Shown here in pieces: positions 25,012 to 35,623 of a stretch of 64,000 nt of DNA. The DNA is from an uncultured Gemmatimonadaceae bacterium (GTDB lineage: Bacteria > Gemmatimonadota > Gemmatimonadetes > Gemmatimonadales > Gemmatimonadaceae). The translations under genes and the position numbers were made by a program. Where the stretch lies: assembly GCA_963781585.1 (NCBI GenBank), contig CAWAGQ010000004.1, positions 960,001 through 1,024,000 on the forward strand. The letters are read 5' to 3'. The number at the start of each line of letters is the position of its first letter. The stretch's first letter is position 1. A model generated the notes under the pieces. That model saw only the letters and a list, made by a program, of their open reading frames with translations. It made no database searches and was not told the origin of the DNA.

Positions 25012-27890
25012 GACGCAACCCGCGCCGCCAGATACCGCGCCGGATCCTGGCGGTCTCCACGCAGGTACACCCACTCCCCCGCCCCGCCGCTCAGAACCAA
25101 CTGGCCGCGCCGTCGCTCGCGGCCGGCGATGGTCTCGTTCACGATCACGTCCACCCCGAATGCCTCGCTGTTGTCGGCGCCGACATCGGCGCGCGCCACC
25201 CGCACCAGCAGATCGAAGCCCAAGGGGGTGGCGCGCCACGAGGCGTCGAGCGGGGCCCGGCCTCCTTCGGCAATTCGTTCGGTGACGCGCACGTGCTCGC
25301 CGCCGGGTTCGGGAACCAGGATCCACGTGTGGTGCGGCACGGCCCCCACGCGCTCCCGGCCACCCAGGTACAACTGGACGCCATCACTGTTGATGTCCGG
25401 GTGCTCGTTGTCGAGCGGATTGTCGGCCCGGGCCGGCCCGAAAGAGGGGACGTGATTGCGCACGCTGACCTCGATGAACAGGTCGGTGGCGGTCGCGCCT
25501 AACGAAAGAAGCGCCTCGGGCGATCCGGCCTCCTCCCAGCTCGCCTCCGACCGCCGGTACGCCTCGCTCGCCAGCCGGATGCGCAGGGGGCTGCCCTGCC
25601 CGGCGGTAGGAGGCCTCTCGGTAAGCTCACCCACCCGCCGTGGTGCCGATGTCAGCCGGGGAATCACGAGAGGGCGCCGGTCGGGCACGGTTCCCTCACC
25701 CGGCACCGTGGTTCCCGGAACCGCGAATGTCCCCGACGGTACCGGCCAACCCTCGAACGCAGGCGACCCCGCCGGCGGCGGCGCGGAGGCGCGTGCCCCG
25801 CCAAGCCAGCGCGTGACCGGGCCGGCGGCCCCGACCATCTCCACCCGCCAGTGGTCGGCCTGACGCTGATGCACGTCCCTCCGCCCGCCGGAGAGGCCCA
25901 CCGTCATGGTATCTCCATCGCGCCGCGCATCGAGCACCGCATCGCGCCAGGCCCACACGCTCCCGATCGTGCCTGACGAGCCGAACGCGCGCACAAGGTG
26001 AAAGCGCCGCGGCGGGCTGCCGGGCGGTCCGGGCGCCGTCGCGCGCCACCACTCGTGCGGCGCGTCCGCGAATACCCAGCCGCGCACACCGTTCGCGGCA
26101 AGCGCGAGACGCGGGCACAACCCGGCACACTCGGCCTCCCGCAGGAGGATGAAACCGTCCTCGACGTCGGCGCCGCCGGGAAGCTCGGCGGCCCGCCAAA
26201 CCACGTCGTCGCCCGGGGACGCAGTGCCGGGCCGGACCGCGCCAACGCCGTCGGCCTCGGTTGCCACATGCCAGGGCAGATCGATCGCCACGTCGCGCAC
26301 CGCCGACCAGGAGACGACGTCAACGAGGTAGTCCGCCATCGCCACCACGCTGCGCCTGACGAGCACTCCGGGCGCGATCTCGGCGCTGGCATCGATCCAT
26401 CCCGCGTCGCCCTTCTCGTCCCATGCCAGCAACGCGCCGTTCACGCGCTCCTGGGAGCGGGCGTCGGCCAGCGGGGCGTTGTGCGCCAGCGTGCTCCGAT
26501 ACCAGTGCAACGATGGATCGACGTAGGATCCCGTTCCTACATCCTCGAGCACCCGCGTACCGCGGTCCACCAGCCACAGATTCAACCGGTCGGGATGGCC
26601 GTGACCGCCGCCACCATGTCCGTAGTCGAGCGCAACGTAGGTCCGCGCGTCGCCGCGACGCAGCACGCCGAACCCCTGGCCCTCGAGCAGCACCGATGCG
26701 GCCGGCGGCGCCGCGCGGCTTCCGACCGTCTCGAGCGCGAACAGGAGCGATTTCCACCCCAGATCGGTCCGGGTCAGGCGTCCCCCAGGAACGTTACGTT
26801 CGGCTTCGGCCGTCGAGCACCACCGTGCTGTCTCGGCTGGTGGCACGCGATCGTCATAGAGCTCCCGCAGCGCCTACTGAAGCCGCGCCTCGTCGGGACG
26901 GCGCGCCAGGCCGAGTTCGCACGATTCGGCGATACGCCATTGGCGGAGCGACACCCGGTAGGGCGAATCGCGCCGCGATGGCAGCGTGAGGTCGGGCAAC
27001 GCCGTCAGAAATGGCGTCACGAACCCTTCGTCGAATCGCCGCACGAGCGCCGGGGCGATGGTGGTACCGCGCGCGGTCGCCATCGTCGCGAGATACCAGA
27101 GGCCGCGATGCGCGAACAGATGATAGTTCTCACCTTCATACCACGTCCCGTCGTCCAGCAACCCGTGGGCCAGCAGCGCGGTCAGCCCGCCCGGTCCGTC
27201 CATCGCGCGGTCCGTGACTCCCGGTCTTCCCAGAAGCGTCCCCGCCGCTGCCAGCGCGGCGCTGTTCCATACCTGGCGATTGGACAGGCCCTCGTTGTAC
27301 GACGCAATCAGGGTTGCGCTCGGTTCGATCACCCGATCGCGTACCACGCCGCCTAACGCCGTCCGCTCTCCCGACACCTCCAGCATGTCCACCGCGACAC
27401 TCACCTGCAGAAGCCAGATCGATTCCAGGTAGGTGCTGAAAAACGGGCGCGTCGGACCCAGCACGTTGTCCCGGTTCGGATACCCGAGGTACCGCTCGGC
27501 CAGGCGCTCGAGGATCTTTTCCGCCAGCGCCCGGTACCGGTCGGCGCCGTTCACCGCCCACAACACCGCCGCCTGCGCACCACGCTCCGCCAGCCAGAGC
27601 TGATAGTTCATGACCCACCAGCGGAAGTGCGTATCGTCTTCGTAGTCCGTGCCGCACTGCGGGCAGCGGTGGCGATGCGGCTGGCCCGGATCGAATGCCA
27701 GGAGCGTTCCGTCCCGTGGGCACCGGCCTCCGCCGCGCGTGAGCCTGGCCTTCTCCGCCGGAACGTAGATTTCGCCACCGGTCGACAGCCGATCCAGGTC
27801 GCCGCCCAGCGATGCAGCGAGCGGGGCGAGCGCGCCGTTCGACACCCCGCGACGACGCTCGACAGCCGAACGACCGAGAAGCATCGTCAC
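25008..27890 (-). pseudogene. Heparinase II/III-like polysaccharide lyase interrupted by an in-frame TAG at 26874-26876
   Basis: ORFs 26874..27890 and 25008..26846 share a frame (RLQ*ALRELYDDRVPPAET); SNRQVW, DGTWYEGENYHLF in the N-half; GGGHGHPDRL, YRSTLAHN in the C-half. Confidence 0.75.
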
Positions 27891-29500
27891 GGCTCAGGCC
27901 GCGTGGTGTCGCTGCGAACGCGCCACTCCGACAGTGTCGGCAGTTCGCCGCGAAGATCCATCCGGATTCCGGCCAGTCGGCGCGTGACGCCCTGCACGCC
28001 GCGCGCGTGGTACACCCACGACACCGGCACATCCCGAGCGAGCTCCCGCTGCACCGCCCGCCAGGCGTCGGCCACCTCCAACTCGCTGACCGCGGTCGCC
28101 GCGCGCTCGAACAAGGAGTCCAGTCTCGGCGTGTGGAACCCGGAGTAGTCGAGCGCGCTGCCAGCGAGTCGCGACGAGAACATCGCCGCCAGGTGGGAGA
28201 GCGTCAGGTCGCCGGGAATCCCGGTAATCAGGGCGTCAAATCGTTTCGGCGTCGCCCGCGCCGCCGCGAGAAAGGCGCCCAGCTCCATCTGCCGGATCTC
28301 CATCGTGATGCCGTGGTCGCGCAGGTCCGCCTGAATGAGTTGCTCGATCGCGTTGTCGCCGGTGCCGACTGTGAGGAGCGTGAACTGCAGCGGCTTGCCG
28401 GCCCGCTCGCGAATACCCGTCCCCGACCGCGTCCATCCGGACGCATCCAGCAGCGAATCCGCCTGCGCGGTCGACGCACGATCGATGGGAATCGCGTAGG
28501 GATGTCCGTTCGGGACCGCGGCAACAGCGGCGGTGGCGAATCCCGCCAGCGCCGCGTCGATCACGCGCTGCCGGTCGATCAGCGCGTCGATCGCCCGGCG
28601 CACGCGGATATCCGTGAACGGGGCGCTCGCGACGTTGAACACGATGGCGGTGGAGACCGTGGACGGATAGGTGATGATGCGCAGCGAAGGATCATCGGCG
28701 ACCAGTGACGCCATGGCCGGCGCGATACCGGCGACGTCGAGATCGCCGCTCACCAGTCCGGCGAACTTGGTAGTCGGCTCGTCCACCACCGCGATAACCA
28801 GACGCTGGACATGCGCCGGCCCGCCGAGCGCGACGGGAAAGTCGGCAACGCGATCGAAGACCCAACGGCGTCCCGCAGCACGCTCCACGAACCGGAACGG
28901 ACCGTTCCCCACCGGCGCGAAACCAAAAGCCGCCCGGCGCAACTCGCCGTGCGGAATGGAATCGAGCAGATGCGCTGGCGCGATCGGCAATTCGCACAGT
29001 ACTTCGGGGAATCCGGGAGGCGCCTGACGGAAGTGCAGTTGCACCATTGAGTCCCCGACCGCCTCCACCTCCGACATTGCCCCCAACTCGGCCGCGCGCG
29101 CAAAGCCGGTTTGCGGGTCCCGCGCGGCCTCGAGCGTGAACGCCACGTCGCGCGCCGTCGTGGGCTCGCCGTCATGCCATCGCAATCCGCGATAGAGATC
29201 GAGGGTCAGCGTGCGCTTGTCCGGGGACCAGGCCCATGCCCGTGCGAAGTACGGTCGGGGCTGGAGCCCGGAGTCCAGTTGGGCGAGAGTGACGAACAGC
29301 GCGTATCGCTGGATCTGGCGCGCCAGAGGGTGAATCGTCACCAGCGGGTTCGCGGACTCGAGATCGGCGCCGGACGCATAGACGACGACGTCCGGTGCGC
29401 GCGCCGGCGTGCACGCGGCGAGCGCGATGCCGCACGCCAGCAGAATCGGTCGTGCGCTCTTCGCGCGCAGCCCCTCGCTCCAAGTGCGACGTCGCGGCAT
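27887..29500 (-). CDS. Peptide/oligosaccharide ABC transporter substrate-binding lipoprotein (family 5, DppA/AppA-like)
   Basis: Lipobox IALAAC; LRWHDGEPTTARDVAFT; PVGNGPFRF; DIRVRRAIDALIDR; start uncertain (ATG 29500 or a slightly later codon). Confidence 0.88.
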   Translation of the reverse strand: MPRRRTWSEGLRAKSARPILLACGIALAACTPARAPDVVVYASGADLESANPLVTIHPLARQIQRYALFVTLAQLDSGLQPRPYFARAWAWSPDKRTLTLDLYRGLRWHDGEPTTARDVAFTLEAARDPQTGFARAAELGAMSEVEAVGDSMVQLHFRQAPPGFPEVLCELPIAPAHLLDSIPHGELRRAAFGFAPVGNGPFRFVERAAGRRWVFDRVADFPVALGGPAHVQRLVIAVVDEPTTKFAGLVSGDLDVAGIAPAMASLVADDPSLRIITYPSTVSTAIVFNVASAPFTDIRVRRAIDALIDRQRVIDAALAGFATAAVAAVPNGHPYAIPIDRASTAQADSLLDASGWTRSGTGIRERAGKPLQFTLLTVGTGDNAIEQLIQADLRDHGITMEIRQMELGAFLAAARATPKRFDALITGIPGDLTLSHLAAMFSSRLAGSALDYSGFHTPRLDSLFERAATAVSELEVADAWRAVQRELARDVPVSWVYHARGVQGVTRRLAGIRMDLRGELPTLSEWRVRSDTTRPEP

Positions 29501-29509
29501 TATCACGCT

Positions 29510-30490
29510 GTGCGCTACGTGGTTCGCCGGGGACTCGCCGCGGTTCTGCTCATCTGGCTCGTCGTCACGCTCACGTTCGTCCTGGTGCGCGCGGCGCCGG
29601 GTGACGCCGCCGATCTGCTCGTACCCCCCGGTGCGTCCCCCGAAGTCGTCGCGCGCACCCGCGCGCAGCTGGGACTCGATCGCCCGGTCGTGGTGCAATA
29701 TGCCAGATGGCTGGGGGATCTTCTCAAGGGCGACCTGGGTGAGAGTTTTGCCCGACACGAGCCGGTAACCGCCGTGCTGCGCCAGGCGCTCCCCGTTTCG
29801 GTCTGGCTTGGCGCGTCGTCGCTGGCGCTGACCTTTCTGGTCGGTGTGGCCGTGGGCGCGGTGCAGGCGTCGCGCCGCGGACGCTGGCTCGATGGCGTGC
29901 TGACCGGTCTGACCACCGCGGTCTACTCGGCGCCGAGCTACTGGCTCGCCCTCGCCGCCGTGGCGGTTTTCACCTACGGCATGGCGAAGCTCGGCGCGCC
30001 ATCGTGGCTCCGCCTGCCGGCGTTCGGCGTCACAAGCCCGGCCGGCGGCGCCCGTGGCGCGGCGGCCGTGGCGGATCTGCTCCGGCACTCCGTGCTTCCG
30101 GTGAGCGTGCTTGCGGCGATCGGCGCCGCCGGCATCGCTCGCTATGCGCGCAGCGCGTTTCTCGACCTGACCCGCGCCGAGTGGGTGCGGACGGCACGAG
30201 CCAAGGGTCTGTCAGAGCAGCGGGTCTTTTCGCGCCACCTCCTCGCCAACGCGCTCCCCCCGCTCCTGATCCTCGTCACGCTGTCGCTGCCGGGCGTGGT
30301 CGCCGGTTCGGTCTTCGTCGAGAGCATCTTCGCATGGCCGGGGATGGGTCGGACCATGATCGTGGCCATTTCGGCCCGCGACATGCCCGTGGTACTGGGG
30401 GTGACGCTCGTGTACGCGACCATCGTCATCGTCGCCAACGGCGCCTCCGATCTGCTGCTCCGGATGGTGGATCCGAGGCGGCGCACGTGA
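29510..30490 (+). CDS. ABC transporter permease (DppB/OppB-like)
   Basis: GLDRPVVVQYARWL, GDLGES, RTARAKGL, VFVESIFAWPGMG; start GTG 29510. Confidence 0.92.
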   Translation: MRYVVRRGLAAVLLIWLVVTLTFVLVRAAPGDAADLLVPPGASPEVVARTRAQLGLDRPVVVQYARWLGDLLKGDLGESFARHEPVTAVLRQALPVSVWLGASSLALTFLVGVAVGAVQASRRGRWLDGVLTGLTTAVYSAPSYWLALAAVAVFTYGMAKLGAPSWLRLPAFGVTSPAGGARGAAAVADLLRHSVLPVSVLAAIGAAGIARYARSAFLDLTRAEWVRTARAKGLSEQRVFSRHLLANALPPLLILVTLSLPGVVAGSVFVESIFAWPGMGRTMIVAISARDMPVVLGVTLVYATIVIVANGASDLLLRMVDPRRRT

Positions 30491-31332
30491 GGTCATCGGC
30501 AAGGTTCTCTCTGCTGGGCCTCCTGGTGCTGGCCAGCGCGGTCGCCGTGGTGCCGCTGTTGGCGCCCCAGGATCCGCTGGCCATCGCCGACGTGCTGAGG
30601 GTGCGCCTCCTGCCACCGGGAAGTACGGACGCCGGCGGCCACTTTCACCTGCTGGGTACCGATGGGCTGGGACGGGACCTCTTCGTGCGCATGATGCTGG
30701 CGGGACGCCTGTCTCTGGCCGTCGGCGTCTTCGGGTCGGTGTTTGCCGGCTGTGCCGGGACAGTGCTCGGCGCGCTCGCGGGTTGGTGGACCGGCCTGTT
30801 CGATCGAATCGCGATGGCGGTCACCGACGCACTGCTGGCGTTGCCGCGGCTGGTGCTGCTCCTGCTCTGCGCCGCGCTGTGGAAGCCCGGCACCGGCACG
30901 GTACTGGTGGTCCTGGCGGCCACCGGGTGGATGGGGGTCGCGCGCCTGGTCCGGGCCGACGTGCAGGGGGCGCGGGTGCGGCCGTACGTCGACGCGGCCC
31001 AGGCCCTTGGCGTCCCGCCCCTGAGGCTCCTCGCGCGCCATATCGTGCCTAACGCACTGGGCGCGGCGATCGTCGCCACCACGCTGGGAGTGGGCAACGC
31101 GATTCTCCTCGAGAGCGGGCTCGCGTTCCTCGGACTCGGGGTCCAGCCGCCGCACCCGAGCTGGGGGAACATGATTGCCGGTGGCCGCGATCTGATCGTC
31201 ACGGCGCCCTGGGTAGCCATCACACCCGGCGTCGCGCTCATCCTCACGGTCCTTGCGTGCACGTTGCTGGGAGACGCCCTGCGCGATCGGCTGGCGGGGG
31301 AAACGTCGGTCTCGCTCCGCGAACGGGCCTGA
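30487..31332 (+). CDS. ABC transporter permease (DppC/OppC-like)
   Basis: HLLGTDGLGRD, RHIVPNAL, LESGLAFLGLGVQPPHPSWGNMI, LGDALRD; GTGA overlap with the upstream permease. Confidence 0.92.
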   Translation: MRSSARFSLLGLLVLASAVAVVPLLAPQDPLAIADVLRVRLLPPGSTDAGGHFHLLGTDGLGRDLFVRMMLAGRLSLAVGVFGSVFAGCAGTVLGALAGWWTGLFDRIAMAVTDALLALPRLVLLLLCAALWKPGTGTVLVVLAATGWMGVARLVRADVQGARVRPYVDAAQALGVPPLRLLARHIVPNALGAAIVATTLGVGNAILLESGLAFLGLGVQPPHPSWGNMIAGGRDLIVTAPWVAITPGVALILTVLACTLLGDALRDRLAGETSVSLRERA

Positions 31333-31457
31333 CTCCGGCCGGCCAATGGAGCGCGCCGCCCGCGGGCCGCCGTTTCCAGACCGGCTCGTCGCTGCACCCC
31401 GCCGTCCGACGATTTCGGCGCAGCGGGACGCCGCACCGATGCCGAAGCGCCGTTCTC

Positions 31458-34130
31458 TCACCGCACGAGAATCGTCACCACGCCGCGCGGGGGCGCCTCG
31501 AACGCGATCACGCCGTTTCGGACGGCCAGTGCGCCTAACGGCGTCTCGTCCAGCCTCGACAGCCGCGCCTCCCGCGCGCCCGGAACCCGCCAGGCACCCG
31601 GTACCGCGTCGTCGAACAGATTCAGGCAGCGCAACACGATCCACTCGCCGTCGTCACTCTCCTTGATGGAACAGCAGGAGAGCCCCCGTCCGACCAATTG
31701 CGCCCCTTCCACGATGCCCGGCGGACTGAGTGCGGTACGCCAGGTATTGCCCGTGAGCGGCAGGAGCACGTCGTCTGCCACGTGGTCGATCTGCGAGATC
31801 ATGCCCGGCCGGCGCGGCCCGTGTGGCATCACGGCAAGCAGGGCCTCGAATCGACCGGGAGCCTGGGCCTCCGGCGTCTCCTCCGGCCAGCCCGCGTGAC
31901 CGGGGCGCTCCGCCAGACTCGCCCGCGACAGGTCGCCCACGGCACGCAGCAGCGTGATGAATGCGTCTCCGGCCAGGGTTGTTTCGTATTCGGCCAATCC
32001 GTCGCTGAAAATGGTGCAGCCGCGCGCGCCGCTGAACAGCGACACGTATCGATGCAATGGCGCAGTCGGGACTGGACGCTCGGCCGCCGCGTCGCTCGCC
32101 GGAACGTCGAGCCGGCGTCGCTCGACGATGCCATACGCAGCGTCGGCGAACACCCGCGGCGCCACCAGCGGAGTTCTGATGCAGGCACGGATCCGCACGT
32201 CGGTGGCCCGATTGTCGCCCGCCACCCGTATCCGGACGAACGGCGCGCCCGCGTCGAGCTCGAACACCGCGCGAATCGGGATTCGTACCCACGGCGCGAC
32301 ACGCGCCGTACCAGCCGCGGTGGTCAGGCGCCGGCCCGCGAGCTCCAGCTCCCAGTTTGCAGTGATCGCGGCGCGCAGCGGTCCTCGCATCGAGACCCTT
32401 GCCCGCACGAACCGGGCGTCGGTGCGCGTGCCCTCGATCTCCGATCGGGTGTAGAGATCGCCCTGCTCCCCTTCGGCCTCGAACGAGAGAAACGACGGCA
32501 TGTCCTGTCCATCGCTGCCGACCAGCGTCAGGTCTTCGCCGTCGATCGCCACCTGCAGCTTGCCATTTTCGATCGTCGTGCGGGTCGCCCGCGCTGCTTC
32601 GGGCGGCTTCACAGGACGCCGGGCGCCCGGACGGATCGGCAGCAGCCGCATGCCGTATGCCGGAACCTGGTCCACCCAGGAGAGGACGCGTCGTCGCTCG
32701 ACGAGACGATTCTGCGGATAGTGTTGCGGCGACTCTTCCCGCGCGAAGGTGCGGCGCCGGCTCAGCGTCTGCACCACAACGGCAGGATCGCCTAACGACA
32801 CTGCCCGCGCGGCCGACGGTGGTGGCCCGGACGCGGCGGACCCCGGGCCCACCGGCACCTCCGCCAGCACGACGTCCAGCTCGAGCTCGGTCACGCCCGA
32901 GCGGCGACGCGCGCTCGGATTCCGCACCACCGCCACCGGCAGCCACTCGCCTGACGCCGAGCGGGCCGCCACCGGATCGTGCCCCGCCAGCACGTCCAGC
33001 GCCGCGTCCCGCACGCCCTCGGCCGCCGCCTCGGCCTCCTCCAGCCGCGATGCCACGGCGCGCGCGACCGCGTCGATGGAGCAGCCGCAGAGCGTGTCGT
33101 GCGGATGACAGAGGAGCACCGACCGCCAGCTCGAGTGGAGCAGCGCGCGCGAGTCCCATCCTTCGCGCAGTCGAGCCAGCGCGGCCCAGGGCTCGGCGTC
33201 CCGTACCAGCAGCCGCTCCACGCCGGCATTCCGGCGCTTGAGTGCGCTCCGCACGCCGAGGGTCCCCTGCAGCGTCCAGGTGTACCCGTAGGATTCACGC
33301 AACTCCCCTTCGATCATCGGCAGCCGCCGGCCCGCCGCACGCTCCACGAGCCGCGCGGCGAATGCCGTGAGCGACGAGCGGACCAGCGTCTCGCTCCCCA
33401 TGGCGCGGCCGAGTGCGGCCACGGCCTCGTCGTCGTCGCGTTGCAGCGCGTGATGGTCGGCGCCGTGCGGAAGCAGCACCACGCCCAGAGACGAGCGTTC
33501 CACGATGTCATGCCGCAGTGCCGCCCAGCGCCCGCGTGCCGCCTCGTCGCTCAATGGCAGGTGCGCGCCGGCCTCGTAGCCGGCCGGCGGGAGATGAAAG
33601 AGCAGCGTGGTGGCCCCATCGGGTCCGCGCCAGCGCACCGTGTCTCCGCGCGGCCAGCGCGCGCCTCCGTATCCACGCCACACGATCGTCACGGGACAAC
33701 CGAATTCCGAGGCGATCGTGGCAAGGCTCGCCGGATGCCCGAAGGAATCCGGGCAGTACAGCACGGGTGGCGGTTGCGCTCGCAGCCGGCGGAGAACGCG
33801 ACGCCCGGCCAGCAGGTTCCGAACCAGCGCTTCACCGCCTGGAATCTGTTCGTCGGGGAGCACGTACCACGGACCCGCTTCCAGCGCACCCTTTCGCAGC
33901 ATCGCCGAGAGATCGGACGCCCGCTCCGGGCGAACGTCCAGGTAGTCGTCCAGCACCACGGCCTGCCCATCGAGCAGGAACGCCGCCGAGGATGGCGCGC
34001 CGAGCAATTCGTCGATCAGCGCCACCAGCCGCTGCCGGAACTGCACGGCAGGACGATACCACTCGCGGTCCCAGTGGGTGTGTGCGAGGAGATGGACTTC
34101 GAGTGGCGGTGCGTTCGGAAGCGATGACAT
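31458..34130 (-). CDS. Glycoside hydrolase family 38 (alpha-mannosidase/MngB-like)
   Basis: HTHWDREWY, FLLDGQ, GPWYVLPDE, YCPDSFGH, HPHDTLCGCSID; start ATG 34130. Confidence 0.92.
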   Translation of the reverse strand: MSSLPNAPPLEVHLLAHTHWDREWYRPAVQFRQRLVALIDELLGAPSSAAFLLDGQAVVLDDYLDVRPERASDLSAMLRKGALEAGPWYVLPDEQIPGGEALVRNLLAGRRVLRRLRAQPPPVLYCPDSFGHPASLATIASEFGCPVTIVWRGYGGARWPRGDTVRWRGPDGATTLLFHLPPAGYEAGAHLPLSDEAARGRWAALRHDIVERSSLGVVLLPHGADHHALQRDDDEAVAALGRAMGSETLVRSSLTAFAARLVERAAGRRLPMIEGELRESYGYTWTLQGTLGVRSALKRRNAGVERLLVRDAEPWAALARLREGWDSRALLHSSWRSVLLCHPHDTLCGCSIDAVARAVASRLEEAEAAAEGVRDAALDVLAGHDPVAARSASGEWLPVAVVRNPSARRRSGVTELELDVVLAEVPVGPGSAASGPPPSAARAVSLGDPAVVVQTLSRRRTFAREESPQHYPQNRLVERRRVLSWVDQVPAYGMRLLPIRPGARRPVKPPEAARATRTTIENGKLQVAIDGEDLTLVGSDGQDMPSFLSFEAEGEQGDLYTRSEIEGTRTDARFVRARVSMRGPLRAAITANWELELAGRRLTTAAGTARVAPWVRIPIRAVFELDAGAPFVRIRVAGDNRATDVRIRACIRTPLVAPRVFADAAYGIVERRRLDVPASDAAAERPVPTAPLHRYVSLFSGARGCTIFSDGLAEYETTLAGDAFITLLRAVGDLSRASLAERPGHAGWPEETPEAQAPGRFEALLAVMPHGPRRPGMISQIDHVADDVLLPLTGNTWRTALSPPGIVEGAQLVGRGLSCCSIKESDDGEWIVLRCLNLFDDAVPGAWRVPGAREARLSRLDETPLGALAVRNGVIAFEAPPRGVVTILVR

Positions 34131-34247
34131 GCGCACGAGAGTCTGTGTTGACCGACCGATCGTCGCAAGACAGCGTGACCGAACAGTTGACCGAGGCGTG
34201 ACCCCCCTCGAGCTTACGGCGTCCGATCGCCCTCTCACTCCTGTGCC

Positions 34248-34883
34248 ATGAGCCACCTGTTCGACCTTTTTCACCGACTCCAGGACCTCCCCGCGCTTGT
34301 GGAGTGGGCTGGCTACATCGGTCTCGCCGTGATCGTGTTCACCGAAACCGGGTTGTTCGTCGGTTTCTTTCTGCCCGGCGACTCGCTCCTGGTGACCGCC
34401 GGGCTGCTGGCTGCCCAGGGCCTGGACCTGAACGTGTACCTGATGGGCGCGTTGATGAACGTGGCGGCCGTGCTCGGTGACAATTCGAACTACTGGATCG
34501 GCCGGCTCTCGGGACCGAAGATCTTCCACCGCGAAGATTCGTTGTTCTTCCGCCGCAAGCACGTGGAGCACGCGCGCACCTTCTACGCCCGACACGGCGC
34601 GAAGACGATCGTCCTGGCGCGCTTCGTCCCCATCGTCCGCACCTTCGCGCCGCTGGTGGCCGGGGTCGCGCTGATGGACTACCGGGTCTTCCTCACCTTC
34701 AGCATACTCGGCGGCACGGCGTGGATATGGAGCATGCTTTTCACGGGGTACTTTCTCGGCCGATACATCCCGGGGATCGACAGGCACATCGAATTGGTTA
34801 TCATCGGAGTGATCTTCCTGTCGATACTCCCTGGAATCATCGGGTATCTGAAGGAACGCCGGCGCACGGTCGCTCAGCCGTAA
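34248..34883 (+). CDS. dedA: DedA/VTT-domain membrane protein
   Basis: [31 protein letters not shown]. Confidence 0.92.
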   Translation: MSHLFDLFHRLQDLPALVEWAGYIGLAVIVFTETGLFVGFFLPGDSLLVTAGLLAAQGLDLNVYLMGALMNVAAVLGDNSNYWIGRLSGPKIFHREDSLFFRRKHVEHARTFYARHGAKTIVLARFVPIVRTFAPLVAGVALMDYRVFLTFSILGGTAWIWSMLFTGYFLGRYIPGIDRHIELVIIGVIFLSILPGIIGYLKERRRTVAQP

Positions 34884-34948
34884 GAGCCGCCAGCTGGAGC
34901 GCGCGCCGGCGCGATGCCGTGGACGACCCTAGCCGGAGAACCGAGCTC

Positions 34949-35560
34949 ATGCCGTACACCCTGCCATCCCTTCCTTACGCCTTCGATGCGCTGGAACCGC
35001 ACGTCGATGCCACCACCATGCAGATCCACCATGGCAAGCATCACCAGGCGTACGTCAACAATCTCAACACCGCGCTGGACAAACAGCCGGAGCTGTACAA
35101 GAAGTCGCTCGAGGATCTGCTCGGTGGGTTGAGCGCGGTGCCGGACACGATTCGGACCGCGGTGCGGAACAATGGCGGTGGCCACTGGAACCACTCGATG
35201 TTCTGGCAGATCATGGGGCCTGACGCCGGGGGCGAGCCGAAGGGCGATCTGGCCAAGGCCATCAGTTCGTCTTTCGGCGACTTCGCAAAATTCAGGGAAC
35301 AGTTTGGCGCAGCCGCTGGTGCGCGATTCGGTTCGGGATGGGCGTGGCTGCTGCGGGAAGGCGGCAAACTGTCGATCACCTCCACGCCTAACCAGGACAA
35401 CCCGTTGATGGACGGCAAGAAGGCCGCCGATATCATCCTCGGACTCGACGTCTGGGAGCACGCCTACTACCTGAAATACCAGAACCGCCGGCCGGAGTAC
35501 GTGGCCGCCTGGTGGAACGTGGTGAACTGGAAGGCAGTGGGAGACCGATTCGCCGCCTAG
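34949..35560 (+). CDS. sodA: Manganese superoxide dismutase
   Basis: [36 protein letters not shown] and QD signatures favour Mn. Confidence 0.95.
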   Translation: MPYTLPSLPYAFDALEPHVDATTMQIHHGKHHQAYVNNLNTALDKQPELYKKSLEDLLGGLSAVPDTIRTAVRNNGGGHWNHSMFWQIMGPDAGGEPKGDLAKAISSSFGDFAKFREQFGAAAGARFGSGWAWLLREGGKLSITSTPNQDNPLMDGKKAADIILGLDVWEHAYYLKYQNRRPEYVAAWWNVVNWKAVGDRFAA

Positions 35561-35623
35561 CGCCTGCGATCGCAACGGCGGGGCGCGCCACCACGCTGCG
35601 CGCCGCCGCCTGACGCTGCCGCG

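Noticed and set aside
26874..26876. Genome-wide amber recoding or pyrrolysine
   Set aside because: TAG terminates many conserved genes here at the expected position (trxC, sodA, speA, OmpR regulator); only one internal TAG was found
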